Assembly (NCBI GenBank): GCA_964512695.1
Contig: CAZEJU010000006.1
Span: forward strand, 2,591-66,590
Direction: 5' to 3'
DNA: 64,000 nt
From: an uncultured Gammaproteobacteria bacterium
Lineage (GTDB): Bacteria; Patescibacteriota; Microgenomatia; Levybacterales; UBA12049
Of this stretch, positions 1 to 10,655 are shown piece after piece; the stretch's first letter is position 1, and each line of letters begins with the position of its first letter. Made by a program: the position numbers and the translations under genes. The notes beneath the pieces were generated by a model. It was given only the letters and a program-made list of their open reading frames with translations. It did not search any database and had not been told where the DNA came from.

Positions 1-912
1 AGAATTGCTAAAGAAGAAGGAATTCAACAGATATGGGATTTAAGTCATTTCGATTATCCGGATCATCTTGACCCATTTTCTGATTTTTTTGTTTCTTCAT
101 ATGGTGAATATGCGAAAAGAGCTTTAGAAACAATACGAAAATATCAGGCAGGAACTATATTTATAGTACCGGTTTGTGAGCCCTCCTTCCACGCTTGGAT
201 GTGTGACAATGGTTTATGGGCGCCATATCAGAAGGGAAAAGGTACAGAGCTAAAAAAGCAGTGGGTGAGAGCGGCTATTAACGCTATGGATGCTATATGG
301 TCTATTGATTTTGATGTACAGTTTATTCATGCAGATCCTTATATGTACAGGCAACCTCTGAGAGTACGAAATAAAAGAGAACAGGACTTTTGTGATGATT
401 TTAATAATAATGTTAAATACCATTCATGGGATATGATTTGTGGTAAAGCCAACCCAGAGTTAGGTGGAAATCCAAAATATTTAAACTTTATAGGCATTAA
501 CTATTACTTTTATAATCAACAGATGGTCGGGATTAACGCAGATGGAACTTTCACATTTAAATCACTCTCAATTGATCATAAAAAACGATTACCATTACAT
601 GTCATTATTAGAAAGCTTGTTGATAGGTATAAAACGAATATTGTGATAAGCGAGACTGGAAGTTATAGAGAGAGAAGACCAGTTTGGTGGAATTATATTC
701 TAACAGAAATTACTGAGGTAACTTCCCGACGACTACCACTCTATGGGGTATGCGCATATCCCATACTGGATATTAGAAAAGGTGCAGGATTTATCGTACC
801 CAAGTCTGGTTTATGGGATTTCGATCAAGATACTTTGACGTATGAACGTATGCCTCATGAGCCGACATTCAAAGTTCTAGAAGAGTATTTTTCAAAAAGC
901 AGACCGGCATAA
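1..912 (+). CDS. GH1-like/clan GH-A beta-glycosidase-like protein, 5' end outside window
   Basis: Frame open from base 1 (RIAKEEGIQQIWDLSHFDYPD...VCEPSF); acid/base-like CEP, GINYY and nucleophile-like ISETG motifs. Confidence 0.7.
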   Translation, partial: RIAKEEGIQQIWDLSHFDYPDHLDPFSDFFVSSYGEYAKRALETIRKYQAGTIFIVPVCEPSFHAWMCDNGLWAPYQKGKGTELKKQWVRAAINAMDAIWSIDFDVQFIHADPYMYRQPLRVRNKREQDFCDDFNNNVKYHSWDMICGKANPELGGNPKYLNFIGINYYFYNQQMVGINADGTFTFKSLSIDHKKRLPLHVIIRKLVDRYKTNIVISETGSYRERRPVWWNYILTEITEVTSRRLPLYGVCAYPILDIRKGAGFIVPKSGLWDFDQDTLTYERMPHEPTFKVLEEYFSKSRPA

Positions 913-920
913 ATCCAGCA

Positions 921-1931
921 TTATTCATTTGTGGCAATAGATGAATAAGAAGTTTGCATTATTTGTGTGTCGAAAACTGCAATACCATATCTCCAGGCGT
1001 TATACGAATTTGTATATGATCGTGCCTGATAAAAAAGTTGAAGTCTTCCTTCGTGAATAATTGCTGTCGCATGTCCATTTTCACCACTCTCCCAAGAATC
1101 TTTTGTAGGTTCAAGAACAGGCCCTAATGAATAATAGGGCCCCATAACATTGTTAGCAATTGAGAAGAATACGCGCTGTCTCGTTCCGCGAGGACCTTCT
1201 GGTAAGAAACAAACAGCGTTTAAAAGAATCTGTCCATTCGGCAGTTGGACTAATTGTGAGCCTTCTAAACCCCATTCATAATCTGGGTGATCATGCTGGT
1301 TATGGTGAGAGACTTCTTGATGAGTTAATATAGTGCCTAATACTTCCCATGGACCATACCATGAATTACTTTTACTTTTAGCGATATAAAGGTCTGGTCT
1401 AGCTACGCGCGGAGCCCCAGAAAATGTTATAAACCTTTCACCATTAATAATGGCAGGATGAGGATCGTATATACATGCTTGATTTGTTCCTTGTTGTGAA
1501 CGGAGTACAGTACCCAGGTTATTAAATCTATGTCCGTCTGAAGAAATCAAATGTTCTACTGTTCCGTCTAAGGCCATAAAATCTGTTTGCACGAACATGT
1601 GAAACATTTGTTCTGTTTCATCGTAAATCATTCCTGGCGCTGCTACATGATCACCCTGTAGAGCAATTTTCGCAGGCTCTTCTTCTTTCCAAGGGCCATT
1701 TAAAGAAGGTGAGGTAGCGTGAAGAATTTTCCATTTTTCTACAGCACTACTGCCACCTGATCCATATAAATGCCAGAGTTTACCATCGAACACTGGACAC
1801 GGATCTTTCGTGTCTTGGTAAGAAGGAGTAGGAATGAGTGGGCCTGTCCGAAGAGCAGGGTTTTTTAAGAATGAGGAAAAATTTACCTCTCTATATGATG
1901 GAGCTGCTTGGTAATAATTGTTATCTTTCAT
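921..1931 (-). CDS. Five-bladed beta-propeller glycoside hydrolase-like protein (GH43/GH32-like)
   Basis: KDP..F.G.WHLY, AAPG, YDPHP, WGLEG and ENGH blade motifs; start placed at ATG 1931 (MKDNN). Confidence 0.65.
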   Translation of the reverse strand: MKDNNYYQAAPSYREVNFSSFLKNPALRTGPLIPTPSYQDTKDPCPVFDGKLWHLYGSGGSSAVEKWKILHATSPSLNGPWKEEEPAKIALQGDHVAAPGMIYDETEQMFHMFVQTDFMALDGTVEHLISSDGHRFNNLGTVLRSQQGTNQACIYDPHPAIINGERFITFSGAPRVARPDLYIAKSKSNSWYGPWEVLGTILTHQEVSHHNQHDHPDYEWGLEGSQLVQLPNGQILLNAVCFLPEGPRGTRQRVFFSIANNVMGPYYSLGPVLEPTKDSWESGENGHATAIIHEGRLQLFYQARSYTNSYNAWRYGIAVFDTQIMQTSYSSIATNE

Positions 1932-2086
1932 GGGCAGGTAATTTGTAAGTATTCTGTAAGTAGAAGTTATACAAAATGAAAAATAAAATGTCAAACACGA
2001 CAGGTCAATACGCGTTTAGATTGCTAAAGTAATATAAAATAGTAAATATTCTTAATCTTTTAAACGTGATAACAGTAGTTTATTAG

Positions 2087-3052
2087 TTATGCCGATAGCT
2101 TTTTATGAAGCATATGTTTCAGATGATCTATACTCTTGGGATTATAAATAGAGCAGGGTATGACTTCTAATCCTTTATTTTGAAAGATTTTTGATTTTTG
2201 TTTTAAGATACTTTCATCAACGAGATCGACTTTTGTAAATATAATTAATTCTTTTTTGCTCAATAAATCTGAGCTATATCCACTAAATTCATTTCTAATA
2301 ATTGTGTACGTTTTTTCTATATCAGGATCTGTACTATCAATACAATGGAGTAACATTTTCGTTTTTTCTATATGTTTTAAAAATGTTATTCCTAATCCTT
2401 TTCCTTTTGAAGCTCCTTCTATGAGGCCGGGTATGTCAGCAAGAGCGTAATTTTCCATCATTCCGATATTTGGTTCGAGTGTCGTAAAAGGATAGTTTCC
2501 TATTTTAGGGTGAGCATTTGTTAAAGCAGCAAGTAGACTACTCTTGCCAGCATTTGGTAAACCGATAAGACCGATATCCGCAATTATTTTTAATTCAAGA
2601 TGAAGTGTTTTTTCCTCTCCAGGTGTTCCATCTTCAGCATATGCCGGGGTTTGGTTAGTAGCAGATTTAAATTCATTATTCCCTCTTCCACCTTTTCCAC
2701 CTTTTGCTATGAGAATAGATGTACTTGTATTGTTTATTTCATATACTTTTCCAGTCTCAATCTCAGTAATAATAGTTCCTATAGGTACAAATATCGTTTT
2801 ATCCTCAGCGTTTTTTCCAAACAGATTTTTCTTTTTTCCGCTAATTCCATCATCCGCAGTGATTTTCTTTTTAAATCGAAATTCTCTCAAATCGGTTAGA
2901 TGAGTTGAGCCATGAAAATAAATACTACCACCGTTGCCGCCATTACCACCATCCGGACCGCCTTTTGGTTGATGAGAGTTCCTTAGGAAAGATACAGCAC
3001 CATTGCCACCATTTCCAGCTTTTACTATAAGCGTAACATTATCTATAAGCAT
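2087..3052 (-). CDS. obgE: GTPase ObgE/CgtA
   Basis: Gly-rich Obg fold (GGPDGGNGGNGG), G1 GLPNAGKS, YPFTTLEP, DIPG, TKVD. Confidence 0.97.
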   Translation of the reverse strand: MLIDNVTLIVKAGNGGNGAVSFLRNSHQPKGGPDGGNGGNGGSIYFHGSTHLTDLREFRFKKKITADDGISGKKKNLFGKNAEDKTIFVPIGTIITEIETGKVYEINNTSTSILIAKGGKGGRGNNEFKSATNQTPAYAEDGTPGEEKTLHLELKIIADIGLIGLPNAGKSSLLAALTNAHPKIGNYPFTTLEPNIGMMENYALADIPGLIEGASKGKGLGITFLKHIEKTKMLLHCIDSTDPDIEKTYTIIRNEFSGYSSDLLSKKELIIFTKVDLVDESILKQKSKIFQNKGLEVIPCSIYNPKSIDHLKHMLHKKLSA

Positions 3053-3216
3053 ACTTGCATTGTACCATGTTTCGCCTATGAGTACGCTTTTGTATATAGC
3101 GGGTAGGTGTAGTGTTTGCAGAATCCCAAGAGATTTCTTGCCTAATTCTTAGCTTCAAAGTGGCAATTGCTACTTTTATACTCTGCTTTGTAGTATAAAC
3201 TTGCTATAATTCGAAT

Positions 3217-4137
3217 ATGAAAGTATTAGCTACAAAAGGGTGGGATGAATATGAGCTTATCGATTCAGGAGAAGGGTGTCGTTTAGAACGATTCGGTAAC
3301 TATAGACTATCTCGCCCTGATCCTGAGGCTATTTGGCGAAAAAAACTACCTCATACTGAATGGGAAAAAGCAGATGCTTCTTTTAGAAAAGAAGTTGATG
3401 GGAAAGAAAAGTGGATTCAAAAGCATTCTTTACCCGACCGATGGAAGATGAGGTATAAAGAACTTGCTTTTTGGGCAGAGTTATCACCTTTTAAACATAC
3501 TGGAGTTTTCCCGGAACAGATAGTGCAGTGGGAGTGGATGGAGGAGAAAATTAAAAATCTCCCCCAAGAGGACTTGCTACAAAGCAGCGGCGAAAAGTCA
3601 AAAATCAAAAGTAATGAGAACACATTAAATATTCTTAACTTGTTCGCATACACTGGGATTGCAAGTTTAGTTTGCGCAAACGCAGGTGCGAAAGTTACCC
3701 ATGTAGATGCATCAAAACCCACTATTGGCTGGGCAAGAGAGAATCAAAAGTTATCAGGACTTGAAAAAAAACCAATACGCTGGATACTTGATGATGCTAT
3801 TAGATTTACTCAGAGAGAAATACGACGGGGAGTGCGTTATGACGGTATTATTATGGACCCACCTGTCTATGGACACGGCCCTCAAGGAGAAAAATGGGAT
3901 TTTAAAACGTCGTTTCCAATCTTGTTAGATTTGTGCAAGCAAGTATTATCCAGTGATCCATTGTTTATACTTATAAACGCATATGCAATTTCGTCCTCTG
4001 CTCTTATGTTAGAAAATGTATTAAAGGATATTACAAATGGGTTAGAAGGGACTATTGAAGTAGGGGAGTTAGCTCTGGAAGAAAAAGGATCAGGCCGGTT
4101 ATTATCTACAGGAATTTTCGGAAGATGGTCAAAATAA
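3217..4137 (+). CDS. Class I SAM-dependent methyltransferase (RlmI/RlmK-like)
   Basis: YELIDSG..RLERFG, KHTGVFPEQ, LNLFAYTG, VDAS, DPP motifs. Confidence 0.88.
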   Translation: MKVLATKGWDEYELIDSGEGCRLERFGNYRLSRPDPEAIWRKKLPHTEWEKADASFRKEVDGKEKWIQKHSLPDRWKMRYKELAFWAELSPFKHTGVFPEQIVQWEWMEEKIKNLPQEDLLQSSGEKSKIKSNENTLNILNLFAYTGIASLVCANAGAKVTHVDASKPTIGWARENQKLSGLEKKPIRWILDDAIRFTQREIRRGVRYDGIIMDPPVYGHGPQGEKWDFKTSFPILLDLCKQVLSSDPLFILINAYAISSSALMLENVLKDITNGLEGTIEVGELALEEKGSGRLLSTGIFGRWSK

Positions 4138-4388
4138 TATGGTATAGTTTTCCGCAGTTTTTCCGGATATTCAAATATTTCAATCAGTAAGTGAAGTTGT
4201 TAAAAAATAAATGAGTGGTAAGAACTATAAGAGTAAGAACGGAAGTCAATATATGTTACAGTTATAAGTCCGCGGCCAAATTTGAAGACTTCGAAGCTAG
4301 AAAATATCTTGATACTAACTAATGTATCATCAATTATACCATAAAGAAACAGTCTTGTAAATAAAATCCCCTTGCTTATAATTTCTTC

Positions 4389-6212
4389 ATGGATGGGATA
4401 CAGAAAAACAAACTGCTTCAAGCTGCAAAGGTTCATCTTGCTAGAGTATCTGAACGAATACTAGAAACGAAAACAAGAATTGATACTTCTATTATGCAAT
4501 TGCGTAAGGAGTTAATTAAAGCTCGGGGAGAAGAGCGTGATACGAAAGAAGTGTTGTTATACCACCATTTAGACACACAGCGAAACATGGAACAACAATA
4601 TGCATCTCCTTATTTCATCCGTTGTGACGTTAAATTTGATGATGAATCAGAACAAAAAACTTTATATTTCGGTCGTTTTCCCTATACAGCTGAATCAATA
4701 TATTCTTGGGTAGCCCCTGCAGCAGTTATCCGATTTGATTCTCCGGGAAGATTCTCATATGAAATGCCTAATGGAGAAAAGAGAAGCGGAAGCTTATTAA
4801 GAAAAGATCAATTTATGATCGTAAATGGAAAGATTCTTTTCATGTCATTAGAATCGAAGGATATTCCTCGTGAATTAATATACCAAGAATACTTCTCACA
4901 GAAGAAAAAAGAATTTGTTTTAAAAGAAATTGTAGAACAAATGGAAAAGGCTCAAGATACCATTATTCGTTCTCACTATTTCGGGTCATTCCTTATTTCC
5001 GGTCCCGCAGGTTCTGGTAAAACAACGCTTGCGCTTCATAGAGCAGCTTTTCTTATCCAATCTCCTGACACAGCCTCTCTTTTCCCTGCGAAGCAAGTTA
5101 TTATTTTTGTTCATGATAATACCACAAAAGATTATTTTAGTTCGCTTTTACCCCAACTAGGAATTCATAAAGTGACTATATCAACATTTTACGAATGGGC
5201 GATGCATATTTTAGGATTATACGATAATGAATTCACATTTCGATTTGGTAGAACAGAGCAAGAGAAAGATGCATATGAATATGCAAAGAATAAAGCATTG
5301 AAATCTTTAATTGTTAAGAAAACAAAAAATGGCATCTATAAAACATTAGAAGATACTTACAAAAATTTTCTAACTGATGAACAGAAAAGATTATATGTTT
5401 TACAAAAACAAAAAGGATTAGTTGATCGTTTCGATCTAACTGTTCTCTTAAAACTAATGATTATGGAAAAAGGTCAGTTACTTGAGACTGTTGAGAAATT
5501 TGTAAAGCAGATGAATGGAAAGTACGTAAAGAAAGTTTTGCAACAGCCAGTGAAATATTCATTAATAATACTTGATGAAGCAGAAAATTATTTGATTGAA
5601 CAAATATACGTTATGAAAAGCACAATTGATCCAAAAACGAATGCTATGGTATACGTCGGAGATTTAGTGCAACGAACGTTACCTTTTACTATTTCTGACT
5701 GGCAAGAAGTGCATGAAACATTTACAGATGATCGAAAAATTATTTTACAGAAAGTGTATCGAAATTCATATGAAATACTCAAATATATCGCATCAGTTGG
5801 CTATCAAGTCAGTATTCCCGATAATGTAAAACATGGAAAGCCAGTAGAAGAATACATATTTGAAAATAAACAAGAAGAAATACAAAAAATTATTAATATG
5901 GTAGAAGAACAGAAGGAAGCAGTTATTGGTGTTTTAGCTAAATCAGAAGAATATCTGCATGATTTTCGAAAACAATTATCACAATATAAAAATATTCATG
6001 TTTTGACTATTAATGAAGCTCAAGGAGTTGAATTCAATACTGTATTTCTGGTTGGCCTTAACCGCCGGTCATTTAGTGGAGAACTTTTGCCAGAATATCT
6101 CAAAGCAGAAAGAAAGCGAGTAGATCGAGATCTTCTATATGTTGCTCTTACGCGTGCGATGAATGAATTATATATATTTGGTAGTGAAAAACTAAAGAGC
6201 ATTATTGAATAA
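4389..6212 (+). CDS. helD: HelD-like SF1 helicase/ATPase (RNA polymerase recycling family)
   Basis: PYFIRCD and YFGR...YSWVAPAA resemble the HelD N-terminal signatures; Walker A GPAGSGKT, LDEAE, GD..Q, AQGVEF, LYVALTRA. Confidence 0.75.
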   Translation: MDGIQKNKLLQAAKVHLARVSERILETKTRIDTSIMQLRKELIKARGEERDTKEVLLYHHLDTQRNMEQQYASPYFIRCDVKFDDESEQKTLYFGRFPYTAESIYSWVAPAAVIRFDSPGRFSYEMPNGEKRSGSLLRKDQFMIVNGKILFMSLESKDIPRELIYQEYFSQKKKEFVLKEIVEQMEKAQDTIIRSHYFGSFLISGPAGSGKTTLALHRAAFLIQSPDTASLFPAKQVIIFVHDNTTKDYFSSLLPQLGIHKVTISTFYEWAMHILGLYDNEFTFRFGRTEQEKDAYEYAKNKALKSLIVKKTKNGIYKTLEDTYKNFLTDEQKRLYVLQKQKGLVDRFDLTVLLKLMIMEKGQLLETVEKFVKQMNGKYVKKVLQQPVKYSLIILDEAENYLIEQIYVMKSTIDPKTNAMVYVGDLVQRTLPFTISDWQEVHETFTDDRKIILQKVYRNSYEILKYIASVGYQVSIPDNVKHGKPVEEYIFENKQEEIQKIINMVEEQKEAVIGVLAKSEEYLHDFRKQLSQYKNIHVLTINEAQGVEFNTVFLVGLNRRSFSGELLPEYLKAERKRVDRDLLYVALTRAMNELYIFGSEKLKSIIE

Positions 6213-6340
6213 AACTAAAGAAGTAAATATTTTAACCAATCATAAACACCGTTACATTTTATTATTTTTTATACTACCATTGGATTTCCTTTGCATTATC
6301 CTCAGCTGCATAAAAGTTTGGAATATTCTTATTCATAGGC

Positions 6341-6898
6341 CTATGCTGTTTTTGGTTCATCTAGTAAAACCCAATTGTTTGATACATGAGGTTCACTACA
6401 AAGATTACGATTAAAACAACATGGTCTTCTCATACCCTTATTAAGTTTATCAAGCATAACATCTATATGCTTTTGGCGTGTCTCAGGGGTTTTAACCGCA
6501 CGTATCCAACGAATCCAATCCCACCGAGCCATTGGTGTAATGTCGTTCCATAAGGCTTCAGCCTTTTGAGAAGTTGCTAAGGATTTTTTTACATCCTCAG
6601 GTACCTCCGGTTCTATCCATTCTTTCGTAGGTTGTAGTGAAACTTGTACGATATCGCCTGTTGTGGCATTCGCAAGTTCAAGCAACGTAGTATTAGGCCG
6701 AAACCAATGGCTTGGTTTTAATCCTGGTCCATACTTTCCATCTGGTTCAAGTAAGGCTTTAAAAGGAACGTTGTTAAGAGTTCCTGAAACCATTACCATA
6801 CCGCGTGAAGGAAGTTTCGCACTTGCGTCTTCAGGTAGCCTGAGAAGCGTCCATGAGTTAATGGTGATTAATGTAGTTTCAAATTTGATTACTGACAC
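6341..6898 (-). CDS. DUF1905 + YdeI/OmpD-associated domain protein
   Basis: LPSRGMVMVSGTLN; PEVPEDV...WIRWI..KTPETR..I; RRPCCFNR. Confidence 0.85.
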   Translation of the reverse strand: MSVIKFETTLITINSWTLLRLPEDASAKLPSRGMVMVSGTLNNVPFKALLEPDGKYGPGLKPSHWFRPNTTLLELANATTGDIVQVSLQPTKEWIEPEVPEDVKKSLATSQKAEALWNDITPMARWDWIRWIRAVKTPETRQKHIDVMLDKLNKGMRRPCCFNRNLCSEPHVSNNWVLLDEPKTA

Positions 6899-6926
6899 GA
6901 AGATATTATATCAAAGAATATCGAAA

Positions 6927-7973
6927 TCAATTCCCATATGAAGGTGCTGCCTTAAAAATTACCCACTCAACTGGTCTATCTCTATCCGGCCTTACAGGTT
7001 GCAGATCGGGATACATATCAATAAAGTGTTCCCACCATGGCCTATTATTTTTATACCAATCTACAGTTTCCCCTAACCCCTCACGCAGGGAATAGTGAGG
7101 TTGCCAACCTAATTTCTGAATTTTTGTAGCATTAACAGCGTATCGCACATCATGACCTCTTCTATCTTCAACGTGTTCAATTACATCAGGTGCAAGACCT
7201 AGTCTGTCAACAATTCCTTTTACAATATCAATGTTAGCTGTTGTTTCTCCTGTACCTACACAATACCTCTCACCGGGACTTCCATGTTCCAGTACATGTC
7301 TTATTGCTCGTGCATGGTCAGTCACATACAACCATTCCCGAATTTGCTGTCCATCTCCGTAAACTGGCAGTGTATTTCCTTGAATGCCTCTCACAGTCAA
7401 TCTAGGTATAAGCTTTTCCGGCGCTTGATAAGGGCCGAAATTATTAACGCTATTTGTTATGGTGGCTTCCATACCGTATGTTGCAGTCCATGCTGTGGCG
7501 ATTGCTTCTCCCATGAGTTTTCCTGCCCCATAGGGGTTTCTTGGTGCTGAAGGAGATTCCTCATCAAAAGAACCAGCTATGGCATGCCCAAAAACTTCAT
7601 CTGTTGAAACATAATGTACACGATCCACGCCATTATGCCTGGCTGCTTCAAATACATTCAGTGTACCTACTCCGTTTATCGCTATAGCCTCTGTAGAATT
7701 TCTAATGCTTCTATCTACAGATGAAACTGCTGCTGTATGTACAACTGCATCTGGTCTCCCCATATTCCTTCGTAAGGAAGATAAATCACGTATATCTCCT
7801 TCAACAATTCGAAAATTTTGATTTCTACGTAACTCTGCTATTGTCGCAGGATTTGTCGTTTTGGGATCAAAGTTGTCAAAGCAGACAACCTTCCTCCCAT
7901 CGTTTAAAAATTCTCTACAAACTTGTGAACCCACAAAACCAGCTCCACCTGTTACAAATATTTCAGTTCTCAT
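6927..7973 (-). CDS. rfbB: dTDP-glucose 4,6-dehydratase
   Basis: VTGGAGFVGS, SSVDRSI, VSTDEVFG, YGAGK, PEKLIP, YGDG.Q.REWLYV.DH, DRRGHDVRYA. Confidence 0.92.
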   Translation of the reverse strand: MRTEIFVTGGAGFVGSQVCREFLNDGRKVVCFDNFDPKTTNPATIAELRRNQNFRIVEGDIRDLSSLRRNMGRPDAVVHTAAVSSVDRSIRNSTEAIAINGVGTLNVFEAARHNGVDRVHYVSTDEVFGHAIAGSFDEESPSAPRNPYGAGKLMGEAIATAWTATYGMEATITNSVNNFGPYQAPEKLIPRLTVRGIQGNTLPVYGDGQQIREWLYVTDHARAIRHVLEHGSPGERYCVGTGETTANIDIVKGIVDRLGLAPDVIEHVEDRRGHDVRYAVNATKIQKLGWQPHYSLREGLGETVDWYKNNRPWWEHFIDMYPDLQPVRPDRDRPVEWVIFKAAPSYGN

Positions 7974-7974
7974 G

Positions 7975-8850
7975 TTATTTATATTTTTCTAAAGAATGTG
8001 CATTTCGATATGCTACTAACGCCTCTTGCCACGGGCGCATTGATTCGTAGACAGTAGTCATACCAGAATAAGCAGGACGACGAACTAGTGAAGGGAACAT
8101 ATCTGACGAAACCGGCTCAACTACTGCTGGTACGTTCCATGTAGATACTACTTTTTTAGCAACTTCAAATCTACTTACAACACCTTCATTTACGACATGG
8201 CGAGGTCCCTTTTTGTTTTGCTCTATTAAATCGAATATTCTGTTGACAACATCAAGCGTATATGTAGGCGACCCTTGTTTGTCTGTTACAGCTCGAATTA
8301 CATCCTTCCCTTGTGCGAGTTGGCGTAGAATAGCACCAACAAATTTAGTATCTTGCTGTGGACCTGGACCGAAAAGCCAACCAAGCCGAGCGATTAAAAC
8401 ATCGGGAACTAATTCCTTTGCTTCCCACTCTGCTACTAACTTAGTCATACCATACATATTTGTTGGAGTATGGGGTATATCTGTTTCATTATAGCCTTCA
8501 GCTTTTGGCGTACCGGGAAATACTGCGTCTGTTGAGATAAGCACGAAGCGAGCGCCGGATTCCTTGGCAAGCTGTGCCATATTCATCGTTCCTAATGTAT
8601 TAACTCTAAATGCTACTTCAGGTTTTGCATGTGCATATTCCCAATTTGTTACAGCAGCAGCGTGGATAATGACATCAGTTAATGGACCGTGTTGTTTCAA
8701 GTAAGTTCTACATTCCTCTAAATTAGTTATGTCAAATTCTGTAGAAGTCGGTGCTAGCAGGATATTAGGATTATACCTATTTTCTGTTACATTCCGAAAT
8801 TCAGTACCTAATGCACCTCTCCCACCAGTTAAAAGTATTTCTTTACTCAT
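7975..8850 (-). CDS. rfbD: dTDP-4-dehydrorhamnose reductase
   Basis: TGGRGALG, HAAA.T, ISTD.VF, YGMTK..E, DKQGSPTY, RRPAYS. Confidence 0.9.
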   Translation of the reverse strand: MSKEILLTGGRGALGTEFRNVTENRYNPNILLAPTSTEFDITNLEECRTYLKQHGPLTDVIIHAAAVTNWEYAHAKPEVAFRVNTLGTMNMAQLAKESGARFVLISTDAVFPGTPKAEGYNETDIPHTPTNMYGMTKLVAEWEAKELVPDVLIARLGWLFGPGPQQDTKFVGAILRQLAQGKDVIRAVTDKQGSPTYTLDVVNRIFDLIEQNKKGPRHVVNEGVVSRFEVAKKVVSTWNVPAVVEPVSSDMFPSLVRRPAYSGMTTVYESMRPWQEALVAYRNAHSLEKYK

Positions 8851-8930
8851 TTTTGTATCCCGTAGTATATAACATTTTATAAAAAATGTCTAGTTGAGTA
8901 TCTAATACATTTATACTATATAATAGTAAT

Positions 8931-9476
8931 GTGGACACACTAAAGATAATAAATTCGGAAAAAATATATCACAATAAACACGCTGATGTGATTGTCGATA
9001 CATTAGCATTCAAAGGTAAGCAGTGGGAGCAAGTATATATCCAGAAACCGTTTAAAGATGCAGTCGGTATACTTCCGATAGATGAAAAAGGTATATATTT
9101 AGTGAAACAATATAGACATCCTATAGGCGAGGACTTATGGCAGATAATTATGGGATCGTTAGAAAAGAACTATTCACCCTTACAAACAGCTCAAATAGAA
9201 TTAAAAGAAGAGGCAGGAATATATGCTGACAATCTTTCAGTGATTGGTGAAATATTTGCTGATCCTGGCATATCTTCTCAAAAAACAACAATTTTTTTAG
9301 CTGAAGGTTTGCACTTTACGACTCCAACTCCTTCATTCACAGAAATGAATATCGAATTAAAGCATTTCACATACAACCAGATAAATGACATGATAAAGAA
9401 TAACGATATTTCTTGCGGATATACATTAAGTGCGCTTCTACTCACTCATAAACACACGAAACTTTTGAAAGATTAA
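8931..9476 (+). CDS. NUDIX hydrolase (ADP-ribose pyrophosphatase-like)
   Basis: LVKQYRHP; Nudix box G..E......A..EL.EEAG. Confidence 0.85.
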   Translation: MDTLKIINSEKIYHNKHADVIVDTLAFKGKQWEQVYIQKPFKDAVGILPIDEKGIYLVKQYRHPIGEDLWQIIMGSLEKNYSPLQTAQIELKEEAGIYADNLSVIGEIFADPGISSQKTTIFLAEGLHFTTPTPSFTEMNIELKHFTYNQINDMIKNNDISCGYTLSALLLTHKHTKLLKD

Positions 9477-9506
9477 GATTTGTATATATTAAATAGAGAG
9501 AAAAAA

Positions 9507-9729
9507 TTATGTCCCAAATGCTGGATGGTTAACCGCCACCACCTTAAACGAACATTTCATTTCATAATAAATACGATTGTAATCTGATGTTTCTTTCTCT
9601 AGTAGTCTGTTGCTTCTATGGTGGCAAGAGAGACACCTAGAGAAATATCTTTTGTAATATAGTTCTGTGCCACTTATTCGTAGTTATATGTCTTACTGTT
9701 GCTTCTGATTTTTTAACCAACTTAAACAT
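9507..9729 (-). pseudogene. Decayed small cupin-like gene remnant
   Basis: Manual translation across two frame changes gives MFKLVKKSEATVRHITTNK/VAQNYITKDISLGVSLATIEATDY/EKETSDYNRIYYEMKCSFKVVAVNHPAFGT*. Confidence 0.45.
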
Positions 9730-9786
9730 ATACTAATTATACACAAGCTTCGAATGAGGGAAAGTTTTTATAGAATGTTTATTCAA

Positions 9787-10254
9787 CTACTCACTTAAAA
9801 CACTTAATGCCTTAAGAGCATAGTATTTAACACTTTCTCGAATATCACTTAACTGTTCTATTTCCATTTTAGTAAACCATTTACACTCATTACTTTGTTC
9901 TTTTTCTATTAACTGCTCAATCTTATCAGAATTGGCTTTGGCAAAATAAGTAAAGGTTACGTGTTCATGTATATCGTTAATTCTATGTCGGTTAACGAAA
10001 TAAGGTGGAATTAATTCATCATATCCTTCATAGTTTTTCTTATAAGTCTGCAGAGAATTGTCCAAAGTAACATCCAGTCCGACTTCTTCTTTTACTTCAC
10101 GAACTGCAGCTTGGTTTGGGTCCTCATCAAGTTCTATATGACCTCCAACACTCAGCCAGATTTTATATTTATCATGTTTTCTTAGGAGAACAGTATTTTT
10201 ATAAACAATGAATACTTCAACAGTGAAATCGACTTTTTCGTGGACATGCGGCAT
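9787..10254 (-). CDS. NUDIX hydrolase
   Basis: GGHIELDEDPNQAAVREVKEEVG Nudix box. Confidence 0.92.
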   Translation of the reverse strand: MPHVHEKVDFTVEVFIVYKNTVLLRKHDKYKIWLSVGGHIELDEDPNQAAVREVKEEVGLDVTLDNSLQTYKKNYEGYDELIPPYFVNRHRINDIHEHVTFTYFAKANSDKIEQLIEKEQSNECKWFTKMEIEQLSDIRESVKYYALKALSVLSE

Positions 10255-10293
10255 AAATAAGCTATACCAAGTTATATATTAAATTAAAATATT

Positions 10294-10369
10294 TGGGGTG
10301 GCTGACGGGGATCGAACCCGCGACATTCAGGTCCACAACCTGACGCTCTACCACTGAGCTACAACCACC
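10294..10369 (-). tRNA. tRNA-His(GTG)
   Basis: Reverse complement GGTGGTTGTAGCTCAGTGGTAGAGC...GTTGTGGAC...GGTTCGATCCC...CAGCCACCCCA; G-1:C73 pair and encoded CCA. Confidence 0.97.
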
Positions 10370-10439
10370 AAATTTAGCTAATGGCTTTTGGCAAATAGCT
10401 AATAGTAAAAGTATATCACAGGACGAGGCTAGGGAGCAA

Positions 10440-10655
10440 TTATTTTTTCATAAACAGATTGACAATTATTGTGAGAATAATGCTTATTATTATTGAAGTT
10501 ACCCACGGAAAATAGAACGTAAAATTACCTTTTTTAATGAAAATATCACCCGGTAGTTTGGGTAATCCTGTTATCGACGATACGCTCAATACAACTACCC
10601 CACTGGCAATTAATAGTATACCTAGAAGAATGAGCAATTTAGCCATTTCATTCAT
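10440..10655 (-). CDS. DUF2905 family small membrane protein
   Basis: KLPGDIFIKKGNFTFYFP..TSIIISIILT signature. Confidence 0.9.
   Translation of the reverse strand: MNEMAKLLILLGILLIASGVVVLSVSSITGLPKLPGDIFIKKGNFTFYFPWVTSIIISIILTIIVNLFMKK

Noticed and set aside
4140-4388. Rifamycin-associated element upstream of the helD-like gene, or a gene remnant in this gap
   Set aside because: No GC-rich RAE-like palindrome, and no recognisable protein motif in the stop-ridden frames
6927-8850. rfbB-rfbD without rfbA/rfbC as a novel pathway
   Set aside because: Split rml genes are common, and the partners may lie outside the window
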